DNA of 63,425 bases, the filler included, from Thelocarpon superellum (Eukaryota), in NCBI GenBank assembly GCA_026025795.1. It is 9 parts of 9 records of this genome, joined end to end, with 100 filler letters (N's around TTAATTAATTAA, not from the genome) between each part and the next. Parts side by side here need not be neighbours in the genome. Positions count along the whole stretch, not along the records: positions 35,471 to 42,421 come from JAPEUG010000653.1; positions 42,522 to 49,426 come from JAPEUG010000654.1; 7 more parts are not named here. One strand, 5' to 3'. Each line of letters begins with the position of its first letter. The stretch's first letter is position 1. Under the pieces are notes generated by a model. That model was not told where the DNA came from and did not search any database. It was given only the letters and a program-made list of their open reading frames with translations. Below are positions 36,221 to 48,808 of this stretch, one piece after another. The translations under genes and the position numbers were made by a program.

Positions 36221-38533
36221 ATGTCTCCGACGATAATGACAATGGATATGGCTCTCGAATCGGCCGGGAGTGGAGCGACGTCTTGTGGCGAGCTCAGCAA
36301 ACTCGGCTCCGCCAAATCCACCGCTCGACTCAACCAGATCGCCCGCCTCCGTGCAAACGGCATTGGGGACCACATCGATCTCCCACAGCTGGTGGTATGT
36401 GGAGATCAATCGGCCGGCAAGAGCTCGGTCCTGGAAGGCATTACGACCATCCCCTTTCCCCGAAAAGATGGCGTCTGCACCAGATTCCCGACCGAGATCA
36501 TCCTCCAGCACCGCGAAGGTCCAATCTCGGTGAAGGCCTCGATGATCCCACATGCATCCCGGTGCGACGAGTCCAAGCAGAAGCTCCGTCACTACCAGCG
36601 GGAACTCGATGATCTACAGGGCCTTCCTGAAGTCATCGCCGAGGTGGGCGAGTTGATGGGCATTCGCGGATTCGGAAACGTGGAGAATGGACCCGCTTTT
36701 GCCGCCGATGTCCTTCGGATCACACTCTTGGGCCCGACGGGCTTGCATCTCTCGGTGGTCGACCTCCCAGGATTGATTGGGGTAACAAATGAGGCTCGAT
36801 CAGACGCCGACCTTGAATTGGTCAAGGGCATGGTCGAGTCATATCTAACGAATCCTCGTACCATCATCCTCGCGGTGGTGCAGGCAAGCAACGATGTCGA
36901 CAACCAACGCATCATCCAGCTGGCGCGACAGTTCGACCCGCAGGGCGAGCGAACGGTCGGAATCATCACCAAGCCGGATTTGATCAACGTCGGCACCGAG
37001 GGACGCATCGCCTTGTTAGCTCGCAATGGGGACACCACCAAGCTTCGACTCGGCTGGTTTCTGTTGAAGAATCCCACGCCGATCGAACTGTCCGAGGGAA
37101 TCACCACGTCGGAGCGGGAGCACGAAGAAGATGCCTTCTTCCGATCAGCGCCCTGGAAAGATCAAGGGCTGAGCCCAAGTCGAGTCGGGATCAAGGCCCT
37201 GCGAGTCTACCTACAGACCCTTCTCGACCGTCATATCGAGAAGGAGCTCCCCAAAGTTCGAGAAGAGATCAGGGCGCTCATCTCCTCTACAGAGCAAGAG
37301 CTCATCGACTTGGGACGCGAACGCCACACAATGGAAGATCTCCGGGCCTACCTGGTTGAGCTAAGCATGCGCTTCTACAATCTCGTGACGGCGGCTCTCA
37401 GTGGCACATATGACGAGATCGATACCGAATTCTTTGCTGCAGCAAACGGGAAGAACCGTCGGCTTCGGGCTCTTGTTCATAAGTCTAACGGAAAGTTCTC
37501 CAACTATATGCGCGATCGCTCGCAGAAGAGGAAGATTGTGGCAGGTAAGGGGGCAGCATCAGCGGACCAGCTCGAGCTCACAAAAAAGGAGTTTGATACA
37601 TGGATCAAGAAGGTAAAATGGCCTGACTGACAGAGCCAAAATGGTCTGCCTTCTCTTGGTCGTGTTCAGGAGGCTGACAGATCTTCAAGATGTATCTTAA
37701 TTCCAGAGGCAAAGAATTACCTGGCACCTACAACCATTTGCTGCTGTCTGAACTGTTCCATGAGCAGTCGAGCCGATGGGAGTCCATTGCGAGTGATCAC
37801 CTATATGCGGTGTTTGATATCATCAGCGAGGTGGTAAAAGCGGCATTGGAGCATGCGGCCAAAGACAACGATGTCCAAGAGGAGCTGTGGGTGATTCTCG
37901 ACATTCGCCTGCGCCAAAATCTGGCAAAAGCCGAGACTGAGCTCCAAGAACTATGCTGCGACGAGAGACAGCAGCCCATAACCTATAATCATTACTTCAC
38001 CGACAACGTGCAGAAGACCCGTCCAAGCGCGATCACCCGAGAAGACGTTGCAATTGCTATCGACCTGGCCACGAGCGAGGAGTCGAATCAAAAGATGCGT
38101 GTCACTAAAGTCAATGCCGACAAGCTCCTCAACGCCATACAACCTCAAGTGATTGTGAACATGGATGAGCAAGCATGTCTCGAAGCAACTACCGCATTGG
38201 CGGCATACTACAAGGTACGAGGATTGAGCGGTCCTCCACGCTCTACTTCCACTTCCACGTCCACCCTCTCCGGTCCACAATCCAGGATGCTAACGAAAGA
38301 ATTAGGTTGCGATGAAGACCTTCGTCGACAACGTATGCAAGCAAGTGATTGAGCGACACCTGCTCCGAGACCTGACGAGCGTCTTCTCGCCGCCCAGCGT
38401 CGCCACCCTGTCCGACGCAGATCTGCAGCGCATCGCCGCCGAGCCGGACGGCAACACGCAGCGGCGAGAGACGCTGAAGTCGCTCTTGGAGAATTTGCAC
38501 CGCGGCTTCCAGGATCTTCGGCGTCAAAATTGA
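36221..38533 (+). CDS. Mx-like dynamin-family GTPase with GED
   Basis: G1 LPQLVVCGDQSAGKSSVLE, G2 CTRFPTE, G3 DLPG, G4 TKPD. Later motifs SRGKELPG, PITYNHYF and AYYK|VAMKTFVDNVCKQVIERHLL. Exons 36221-37611, 37690-38214 and 38306-38533. Confidence 0.92.
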
Positions 38534-38932
38534 CGGGTGTGTCCATGGTACAGCTCGTCAGTTGATCGGTCAATTGAAGTGACCGAGGGAAAGGAAGCGA
38601 GGGAGCGAGGAAGAGAATGAATCACGTAGACGAGGTCGTCGAGATATACATTAGTACCAACACCGTCGCCAACACTAGGAAAACGAGACGCGAGAGCGAG
38701 AGCGAGAGCGAGAGAGAGAGATTCATTCTATCCTTGCCGTTCCTCTGTCCTTCTTATTCCATTTCATTTCATTTCATCCCATCGTCCGTCGTCTTCGTGA
38801 GTGTCATTATCGTTCTCGTCTCATCCTCATTCGTTCCCCCGTCTTTTCGTGCCCTTCTCCCTCTCCTTATCACGTCATGCATGTCGCCACACACACACAC
38901 ACAAAAGGACATACTCCTTCGTGCGTACCTCC

Positions 38933-41894
38933 TCAATCAGAACCAATACCGCCACCGAGGAAATCCAAACTAGGCAAGGCACCAAGATGAAAGTCCAGCT
39001 CCAACTCCGCTTTCCGTGCGCCGCTCTGCTCTCTCTCCCTCTCCCGATCGTCATTCTTCCTCCTCTTGTTGCGCTTTCCCGGACTTCCATCCCCTTCTGC
39101 ACCCTTCTCCCTCTCCTTGTCTCGACCGTGGTTCGTCGAGGTCGGAGGCTTGGACTTTGGTGGTGGGGGAGGAGGAGGCAGGGGCGCGGTGGTCTGGATC
39201 CCAAACCGCACGTCTTCCACGTCCCACCCGTCCGCATTCGCAGCGGCCACCCAGGTGCGCAGGGCGTCGTGCACGGCCGGGTAGAACTTCTCCTTGCACG
39301 TGCGAATCGTCGACATCATCTTCTCGAAGCCGGACACCTTCATCTCATATCGCAGCGAGTTGCGCTCCTCTCCCGTCGAAAGCGACGCCAGCAGGCCGTT
39401 GAACAGGTCCATGTGGCTTGCCACGTAGTTCGTCGCATCCCATTCGACTCCGCCGACATGTGGCGCCGATGGCACGGGCGGTCGCTCTTTGGGAAAGTGC
39501 GCCTGTGCGTAGCCTGATAGGTTCGAGGCTGAGGCTGAGGCTGAGGCTGAGGCTGAGGCCGATGAGGTCGAGCTCGAGCTCGATGACGTCGGAGGTCGGC
39601 GCTCGTTTGACGCCGTCGTGGTCGCCGCCGCCGCTTGCAGACTGACGACGTTGAGGTGGTGCAGAAAGATCCAGAAGACTTCCTTGGTCACGTTCACCAC
39701 CTCCTTGCACCATACGCGGTACGGGCGGGCTTGATGCATCGACACGATGAAGTTGAGTGGCTGCGCCGCGTCGTCCTTGGGGCCGGGATCTCGCAGGTAG
39801 GATAGAATCGTCCGCGCTCGCGGAGCCAGGTTCTCTGGCGCTGCGCTACTCAGGTAGGTGACTGTTGGTCGGGAGGATCAGTAGGACATTCGGGGAACAG
39901 ACAAGAACAAGACGAGAACGAACGTACAGATCAAGCTTGTGATGATGCCGCGCGTCGTGAACTCGCTCGGCCCCTTCTTCTCCTCGTCAAACAGCATGCC
40001 CAACAGCGCCGGAAACAGCGTCGTCTGGATGTCCTGAAGTCGTTGGAGCGCCAAGGCCGTGGTACACAGGGCTTTCAAGCAAAGGAGCGTCTCGTGGAGA
40101 AGGGCGTCTTCGTGCTCCTCCCTGCCACCCGTTAGCTGGCTGTGGTCACGGCCATGGCGTCGGTTGCACCCACCTCCATTCCACCTCCATGATCCTGTAC
40201 AACAATCCGACCACCTCCGTCATGCCGCCCATGGTGATGAAGGAGTCGACCCACGCGACGCGCTCGTTCCGCAACACCAAGCGCAGCTTGTGCAGCCGGC
40301 CCACCTCCACCTTCTCGGGCTTGCGCACCTTGGTCAGGTAGAGGACGAAATCCTCGGGCAGCGCGGCGTTGGCGCGCGTGGCATAGTCTCCAACCACGCT
40401 GGCCGCGGCCAGAGCCGAGCGTAGAGATTTGGACGAGGAGGTCTTGGTCAGTGTCAAGGTCCTGACGCGCTCATTGATCGTGCTGGCATCGACCTTGTGC
40501 TTCTTCGACGGCGAAGCTCCCTCTTTGTCGGCTTTGCCGAAGGTGAAGGTTCGGCTTCGCGGCCGAGACCGTTTCGACGGACTGGCCGACGCCGGCCGAT
40601 CGATCTCCGTCGGTGCGCGAGGGGTTCCGTCGCCCGCTTTCAACCGGCCCGCTGTCGCCGGGCGTCGGGCGCTCGTTGCAGGTAGTGCAGGTGCAGCATC
40701 CCCAGCTCGACTCTCGGCTCGGTCTTGCCGGATGAAGTCGGCCTTGATGTTGAGATCTAACGCGTGCATCTTGTGCCGCATGTTGAGAGGGATGTTGCGT
40801 GAATCCTGCACAAGGTTGATCAGCCATGCTCGAGATGTCTTGTGCGCCAGTCATACCAAGAGGGCCTCGAATGCCGCTTCAACTTCTTCGGCACACATGG
40901 CTTTTGCTTCCTCTAATATCGCCTTGCCATCCAACGCGGCCACCGCTACTCTGACGCGTGACCCGTGTTGATCCTCGCTGCCCGGCTTTGACTGCCGCGT
41001 CTCATCCTCTGCCCGTCGCCCCATCCGACCGTTGCGCTCCTGATGAGGCGCTGGCCGCGTCGGGGATCGAGCCGACTGGATCCACTCGCCTTTGCCCGTC
41101 GACGCTTGCGGCTTGACAGTGGACGAGGGCCTCGACCTGGCATCGTCGGCGGCTCGCGCTAACGTCGGTCGTCCGCCTTGCCGGGAGGTGCGTGGTCTCG
41201 AAGGGGAGGATTGACGCGGGGTAGTATGGGAGGTGCCTGGGTCGACGCTCCTTTGCCCGCTCTCCGTCCCCGCGCTCACGTCTTGGGAGGCGAACTGGGC
41301 CCAGATGGGCGGCGGGGCCGTTGGGGTTCGGGGCGGCGTGCGATTTTCTTGGTCTTGCTCCTCGCGCGCCCGTGCCTCCTGCCGCAGCGTTCTCGACGAC
41401 TTGGGGCGTGAGAGCAGCGCGGTGAAATTGGACTGCGACTTGGACTTCTTCGGCTTCTTTGGGGAGTCCGAGGGGTCGTGGGACCGATCCTTCCGGGTTT
41501 GTTTCTCCCACTGCTTGGCGGCCAAGGAGGACAGAGAGATGGAGCTTTTGGTCTTCTTGTGAAGGGTTCGCCCGTGCTTGGCCATGAGTGCCTCCTCCTG
41601 GTCACGGGCGCGATCGAACTGATGACGGTCCGTCGTCGTGGGCGTGGTCGTAGCCCCGCCCAATTGATTGTGCACCAGTTCGGCCAGAGGCGCTTGATCG
41701 GTGGAGCGCAGATCCATCGCGAGCACTGGTGGTTGGAAGGGATCATAGATGTGTGATCGAGAGGGCAAGACTTCACCAGCAGATGGCACGCGCTTATGGT
41801 TGCGGGAGGTCATCATGGATTTGAGCACCGACGAGGTGCTTCGCTTGTGGTGAGGATCGTGCCCGCGGTCATCGGCCATGGTAGAGTGCACCAT
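38933..41894 (-). CDS. Formin-type GTPase-binding domain (GBD/FH3) protein without FH2
   Basis: FEALL|DSRNIPLNMRHKMHALDLNIKADFI, LHKLRLVLRNERVAWVDSFITMGG, EEHEDALLHETLLCLKALCTT, YRVWCKEVVNVTKEVFWIFLH and PHVGGVEWDATNY. Three canonical introns. Confidence 0.8.
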
Positions 41895-42421
41895 GGTGGC
41901 GGCCCGGTAGCGATTCAGCTGCTGAAGAGACGGGACAGGCACTCGAAAAGCTCGTGCAACGGAAGTTGGTTGGGGTGACGATGAGAAGAGCAAGTCGCCC
42001 AGCCTACCAGGTCATGATGATGTCGTGATGGCGAGGATGGACAACTGGACAGATGAATGGATGGACAGATGAACAGATGGACAGATGACCGGATGGACAG
42101 ATGGACGAACGGACGGTACCAGTCATCCTCTCATCGGCCGCCGCGGCGGAAAAGGTCAGCCGAAGAGGTTTATGGTGGTCGTCGCCGACCGAGCCATTCG
42201 GGTCCGGTTGGCGGGGTTCGAGACGACAGGGTTTGGTGGGGCGTCAACAACGACAACCGCCGTAGCAACGGCGCCACTTGCGACCTCGCTCGGCGATCGC
42301 CTCACCGCCAGACGCATGCCCTCTAAGCGTGCATGAGGAGATGAGCATGGAGCTGCAGGGCGACCAAAGCTTCGAGTCAACAATGCACGGTTCAAGCCAC
42401 CAGCATCATCAGGGGGCATGA

Positions 42422-42521
42422 NNNNNNNNNNNNNNNNNNNNNNNNNNNNNNNNNNNNNNNNNNNNTTAATTAATTAANNNNNNNNNNNNNNNNNNNNNNN
42501 NNNNNNNNNNNNNNNNNNNNN
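42422..42521. other. Artificial contig linker
   Basis: N44-TTAATTAATTAA-N44. Confidence 0.98.
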
Positions 42522-42964
42522 AGCGCGTCGTCTTACTGCCATCTGAGTAGCTCGACCTCCTAAAGGAGCGCGCACATCAGACGAGAGTAAGACGGTCCCT
42601 CTGCTCCATCCCCCAGCCGCGGCATCAACCTCCGAAGAGGGAACACGCGACTAGAGTCAGGAGCAGACCCGACCGACGACCGATCGCTCGACCCCCGAGA
42701 GGGGAGCAACCGACGCGACGAGCCGGACAGGAACCCACAAAAGCGGCCATGGAGGAAAGAAATAGAAAGAAATGCAGAGGTAAGACATGCCGTAACAGCG
42801 AGAACATGGAGAAAGACATGCGGGACCAACGTAAACAAGTAAACGGGCTATGCGGCGCACGTCAAAGGATATAAGAACCCCGGGCTGTTTTCAATTGCGC
42901 CTGCTCCAAGCGCCAATCCCCATCGCTACCCAAGGTCAACGCCGCGTTGTTGAGGCCCGAAGGT

Positions 42965-44411
42965 TTAGACGCGGACCGCGGCCGGAGAAGTGGAACCGAG
43001 CATGCTGGTTTCCACCGCGGCCCAGATCTCCTGGCCGCAGGCGTCGAGGACCGGGTCGGATCGCGTGAACGCGGGCCAATCGAACGGGATATAGGCCGAC
43101 TTGCGAACGTTGAGGACCGCGGCGACGACCTCGGGGTCCATCTCGACCCCATCGACGATGATGGGCCGACCCGCCAGCGCCATCCCCGTCTCCTCGCTCG
43201 GGCCTTCGCCGGGCCGGGCCAACACGGCCGCCACCTCGCCCGCCTCGGCTTCCGAGTCGACGGTGGAGTTGGAGTAACGGGACGACGCCCGCAGCCCACT
43301 CGGCGACTTCGGCTTGTACTTCTCCGCCAGGAGACGGGCGCGCGCCACACGCGCCGACTCCCCCGCCTCCAGGGCATCCCAGGCGACCCCCCCCTCACCG
43401 GGCGTGGCGGGCGTGGCGGGCGTGACGGGCGTCGGCTCGAGGCGGGCCCCCTCGGCTTTGTCCGCCGCCGTGGTGCGGCCGGCCTCCTCGTCGCCGGACG
43501 CCGAGTCGTCCGACGACGAGGCGTCGTACATATCGGGCGGGAGCCCGAACGAACCAGACGGCCAGTCCGCTGGCTTGCGGTAGGCCCGCTCCCCCTTTAA
43601 GAGCGGGGGAGCCTCCTCCGTCGCCAGGGGAGGACTTGGGCTCGGGCCCACCCCCGCATTGAATCGGACCCGCTTGGCCGGGGGCTGGCCAGCGAGGTCT
43701 TCGGCCTCGTCGCCCTCGGAGTCTTTCATTACATGTTAGCACCATATTACGGGAAGGGGGAAGGGGAAGGGGGACGGGGGACGGGGGGCGGGGGGCCTCA
43801 CCGGTGTACTCCGATGAGCTGCTGTTGAAGACTTCGTCAGGCAGCCCGAAGGTACCCGACGACCAATCGGCGGGCCGACGGTACGTCTTCTTCCGCTTGA
43901 GCGCGCCGGGGCGGCTCGTCGGACGCAGGGAGGACTTGGTGGGGATCGAACGCGAGCGGGTGATGAAAGCGACGACGCGATCGTGCTCCTCTTCGGTCAG
44001 CACGAGACTGACGTGCCCCTGCTTGTAGAGGATGAATCCGCTCTCGGGCGGAGCCTCCAACGCGTCGACGAAAGGCTCGGGCGAAGAGCGGGTGGAGTGA
44101 TCGGAGCGCGGGCTGGCAGGGGTCGGCGCAGGCGCCACCGCCGCCACCCCGTGCACCACGGGCTCCGACTCGACCACGACTGAGCCGGGAGTCGGCGACG
44201 CGTTCGAGGTGGGGACGGCCGAGGCGTCAGGAAGGATGGTGATCTCGGGGGCAGAAGTGACTTTGGGAGTGACGGCCACGTCTGGAGAGGTGGCAGCCTT
44301 CGAGGCCGCGGCGCGCCCGGGCTTTTTGAGCGCGGCCTTCTTTCGGATACGCCGAACTTCGGGCAGTCCATCCCGTAGTGGGGAGCTCATCTTGGATGCA
44401 CGCGTCCTCAT
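42965..44411 (-). CDS. Hypothetical 2-exon, largely disordered protein with a duplicated motif
   Basis: An intron (GTGAGG...GCTAAC...AAG, about 43801-43724) joins ORFs 43395-44531 and 42965-43729 in frame. Two copies of YR[RK]PADW.SG[TS]FGLP, plus KRVRF and AEKYKPKSPSGLR. Confidence 0.65.
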
Positions 44412-45398
44412 GATGTGAGAGGGAGGCACGGCAAGGAGAATGTGATGAGACGGACGCGGTGAAGCGGTGAGGCGGTGAGGCGATTTTGAGGGGCAGACGT
44501 GGTGGGGTGATTTGTGCGTCGTCCTATCCACATCACCCCGTCAGCATCAGAGCGACTGGAGGAGCCAAGGCATCAAGCAACGATGAGCACGTCAGCGGAA
44601 AGGAAGAGAGGCTTACTGACTTGGGGCAGGCGACGGAATCGTGGTGGCACTCTCACAGCAGGAAGATGGTGGCAGACAAGCTGGGAAGCGTGTCGTGGTA
44701 AACAAGCCTGAGGAGGAGAGAGAAGAGAAGTTGGGCGTTGGCCGAGGATATTTTGTAGTCGAGGGATGGGGCCGGACTGACTTCCGACCAATTAGTTGGT
44801 CGCTTTGGCCACGATAGGCGAGCTCTCGGCCCGCTGCTCGGTCGCTTCCTGTTTACCCGAGCGCCATCAACATGGAGATGCTGGACCCTTCCTCAAAGTC
44901 TTTTGTTGACGTACACAAGCAGTCATCGTCCTGACTACCGGTCATGAAAGGGGTGCTGCTGATGTTGCTCAAATCTCACAGAAAGCGTGATTCACCTGCA
45001 CCGCTACGCTGGACCACGGAGCTCGCCGTGCAATGCGGCATGTGCTACGGACCATGAAAGAAGCCTCGCTTGGACTAACAGGCGAGCCCGCGTTCAGAGC
45101 GTTTCTTTACAATTGCGGTAGTAGCACGGTAGTAGTATCTCCATGAGGGTTCGCTTCTTGACAAGACTCTAGGGAGCTGGGCAACGCTTAAGTACATCCC
45201 TCGGGACAGCACAGGGCATTCCATCAGGAGTCGCACCCCGCTGATGATCTTTCCCTCATGAGTGCCGTCGTGTCGTACCTCCCGCATCTGTCCAAGCTCC
45301 ATCCGCTTGGGGCATTGTGTCGTCCGTCACCGCCACACCACCGTGGATCACCCCTTCTGCCTTTGTTCGTCTGACGAGGGCTCGTCCCGACCGGCGCC

Positions 45399-46499
45399 TC
45401 ACCAGTTCGCCGTGCCCTCCTTGGGCGGTTCGGCACTCCAGTCCTGATTGGCCGCTGGCGCAGCCGCCGCAGGAGCAGCCGCACCACCTGCCCAGTCGGC
45501 GGCACTCGCGTCAGCGTCCCAGGTGGTACCGGCAGCGGCAGCCGAGGTGTTGGTGGCAGCGGCGAAGGCGCCACCTTGACCACCCGACACTTCCCAATCG
45601 GCGTTGCCGGCGAAACCCTGCTCGACCGCGGCCGCGCCTACTTCGTCCACACCGGGAACCTTGGCCTCCTCGACACCTGCACTGTCCTTGTTCTCTTCGG
45701 CTTCAGGGTCGCGGTAGAAGTACAGATCGACCATGACATCCCACTCGGCCTCGCGCGAGGCCAGGGAGCCACGGAGACGCAACACCTCGCGCGCCAGCAT
45801 CCACCACACCAGTCCGATAGCATGTCGGCCCTTGTTATTGGTCGGGATGGCCACATCGACGAATTCGGTGGGCGAGTCGGTGTCGCAGAGCGCGAGCACC
45901 GGAATATTGACATAGCTGGCCTCCTTGATGGCTTGCGCATCCGTGCGAGGGTCGGTGACGATGATCAAGCGCGGCTCCTTGAACGATCGCGTGATGTAGT
46001 TGGTGAAGTTACCAGGGGTGAAGCGACCAGCGATGGCGACGGCGCCGGTGTGTGCGGCGAACTTCAGCACCGCACGTTGACCGTAGGGACGAGCGGAGAT
46101 GACACAAATATCGGCGGGGTTGTCCACAGCGGCGATGATGCGAGCGGCCAGCACGATTTTCTCCCTGTGATTGATTGCTGTCAACAGCGGCTCGTTGAGA
46201 TTGCGAAGATCGAATGCCCAGCGGGGTAATGTGCCCCGCAGTCCCAGATTTCAATAATTCCACGTACCATGTCTTGCCGATATTAATCACGTTGATTCCG
46301 TCCGGTCGGGTCTTCCAGAGATACGGGTCCATGTGCACCTGTCCAGATGGTCAGTATGGAGTCATTGACCGTCACAAATTCTCCTTCGAATCCATCGTAC
46401 CTGCAAGTTCTTGGAACCGAGGTGACATTGTGCCGCCAGGAGCATTTCAATATCTTGAGACGTAGCATTGAAGATCGGGGGGAGATTAGAGGGCGCCAT
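45399..46499 (-). CDS. RPS0: 40S ribosomal protein uS2 (Rps0)
   Basis: [47 protein letters not shown]...|[12 protein letters not shown]...[11 protein letters not shown]. Two introns. Confidence 0.98.
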
Positions 46500-46836
46500 G
46501 ATTGGCGTGGGCGGGGGATGAGGTGATGAGAGGGAGTGGACGGGCAGCCTCGCGGACGTTAAAGGTCTACCTCTCGCGACGATCTTCAACTGTGGTTGAC
46601 CACCTGGACCTGTATTTCTTGGTGTGGTAGGGCTAGGACTGCTGCACGGTGGAAGTCTTGGCGGCTTAGCGTGGCGTCTCTAGCAAGCTATTCCTATCGC
46701 GTCGTGAACCGGATGCTCAGTGAAGCATGACTCAGTTATGATGTAAGCTGGTAGAGTCGAGGCCCTGAATTTATTCAAGCTTCACTCTGCCCAGGGCTAC
46801 GCTCCGTACACAGAGTCCGCGTTGCAAGCCATCACG

Positions 46837-47915
46837 ATGCTATCCTCGGCCCCGCTCGCTCTACGACTACGGTCATGTACAGGTATGTGCTCCCTATGGA
46901 CGTCAAATTCCCGCAACGGCTCACGTGGACAGTCCTCCCGTTAACACCTGCCCTCCCAACACCCGTCCGACAGCGGACTCCCTCCTTCATGCGGGCAGCT
47001 CGATGTCCATTCTCTGCTTCACCTACCACGCCAGCATCATGCTCGTCACAGAAGCAGAAACAGAAGCAACGTGATCCCTACGCTCTTGCACAGGCCCGGC
47101 AACGAAAAGCTGCCAATCTCGCGAGACGAGAGGTTCTACAGAAGGAACGAGCTGCGGCCCTCGGGGATCCAGTGCGAGGAAATACCACGCCATTCATTGA
47201 ATCCCTCGACCTTTCCGTCTCCTCCTCCGCACCTACCTCCTCCCATCCCGCACCTTTGCCCGCGCCATCCGCCACCGACGCGACCACTCCATCTAGCTCA
47301 ACCCCCCCAGAACCCTACCTAAACCACTACGTGTCCGGGGCGACCCTGCTCAAGTCCCTCGAGAAGTCGCACCTTCTCACGCAACCAATCGCGCCCTCGA
47401 ATCGGGGCACAGCCGACCCGGCGCTCGAAGAGGAAGAAGCACGACGCCATCGCGAGCGGCACGCCAACGCCGAGTGCGCGATGCGGCGGATCGTGGCGCT
47501 CGAGAACGGAAGCCGGATGGACCGCACACGCGTCAACATCCAGCGATGCATCGAGACCTTTGGCCGCCACAAGACCGATGCGCATCTGGCACCGCGACCC
47601 GCCGCCACAGTCCCCCGAGACCCTTCTCTCCCCCCGCTGCCGGAGAAAACGCCCCGCGCTGGCCCCGACACCGGCTCGCCCGAGGTGCAGATCGCCATCC
47701 TGACGACCAGGATCCGCGTCCTCGCCAATCACCTCGACACCATCGGCCGCAAAGACAAGGTCAACAAGCGCAACTTACGCGTCCTGGTCCATAAGCGCCA
47801 GAAACTCCTCGCCTATCTCAGGCGGAAAGAGCGCGGTGGCGAGCGGTGGCAGAACGTCCTCAACTCCCTCGGTCTAGCCGACAGCGCATGGAAGGGCGAG
47901 ATTACTTTGAGGTGA
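46837..47915 (+). CDS. MRPS28: Mitochondrial ribosomal protein uS15m
   Basis: Arg/Ser/Leu-rich presequence MLSSAPLALRLRSC, intron 46883-46932, and the S15 motif DTGSPEVQIAILTTRI...KDKVNKRNLRVLVHKRQKLLAYLRRK. Confidence 0.92.
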
Positions 47916-48766
47916 TCTGGACGTGATTGTGTATTTCTAATTCTAGTAGATGAGTGAAGGGTGGACGAGAGGTCCGATGACCCGCGTCGAACATATGAGA
48001 GGAATTGGACGTTGTTCGACCATGTGGCGCGCGAGGAGTCGCTGAGCGGGACGACTGTGATGCTTGTCGGCTGGCAGTCGGAGCCGATTCCGAGACCACC
48101 GTCCCACCAGAAGGACCTTGACTGGGAGTTGAGGCACTGGATGATGGAGATGATGGGGCATCCTGGGCCGAGCCGCGTCCACGGCCCCGACGCCCAGCAG
48201 GACGGGAGCCGGGGTTTACGCCAGGGTTGACTCCACCGATCGTGAAGCCACGTACGCGAGGAGCGGCCTCACCCTCGAGGGCTTCGTCCGGTAGGTCCGG
48301 GTCCTCACCAGGACCGAATGGACGCACCGCAGGAAAGCGATTCTGCCGCAACGTGAGCGACACCCAGTAAGCAGCAGAGACAACGCAGACGCCTACCAGG
48401 TAGCGCAGTTGCTTCAAGATCTCCATCAGGAGGAAGTTCGAATGCTCGGTCGCAGCAAGCAAAGCGCTGCCGTCACGCCGTCCACGCTCGTTGAATTCGA
48501 CAGCCGAACGGAACTTCGAGATATGGAGCAACAAGCTGGACTTATGGGTCTCCAGCTGCGTTTCCGCTGCGACGGCGTTGGTAGGAGGATGGAGGAGCGA
48601 GTTCATATACTGCTCTTGCAGCCGGAAGATCGTGTTCACCCGTCCCACATACTTCGTTGGGATCTAGTCGACGAATCAGCGCAGCTACGCAGCAAGACAA
48701 TCGACGTACCGAAAGACAGGGGTGCCCAGCGATTCGACACCTATCACACTTCCCATACGGATGAGG
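47902..48766 (-). CDS. Hypothetical spliced gene or gene relic with a KCDRC...C motif; 5' end unresolved
   Basis: 248-aa ORF containing an in-frame GTAGGC...GCTCAC...CAG intron. An upstream intron at 48709-48664 joins the exon PHPYGKCDRCRIAGHPCLS in frame. Confidence 0.4.
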
Positions 48767-48808
48767 TTAAGATATCAGGATGTCAATCAGCGACTACAGT
48801 AGGAGCGA

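Noticed and set aside
144..41894. Apparent polarity cluster (teaC, sepA formin, GBD/FH3 protein) and Mediator pair (Med2-like, MED12)
   Set aside because: The genes lie on different contigs joined by artificial linkers in size order
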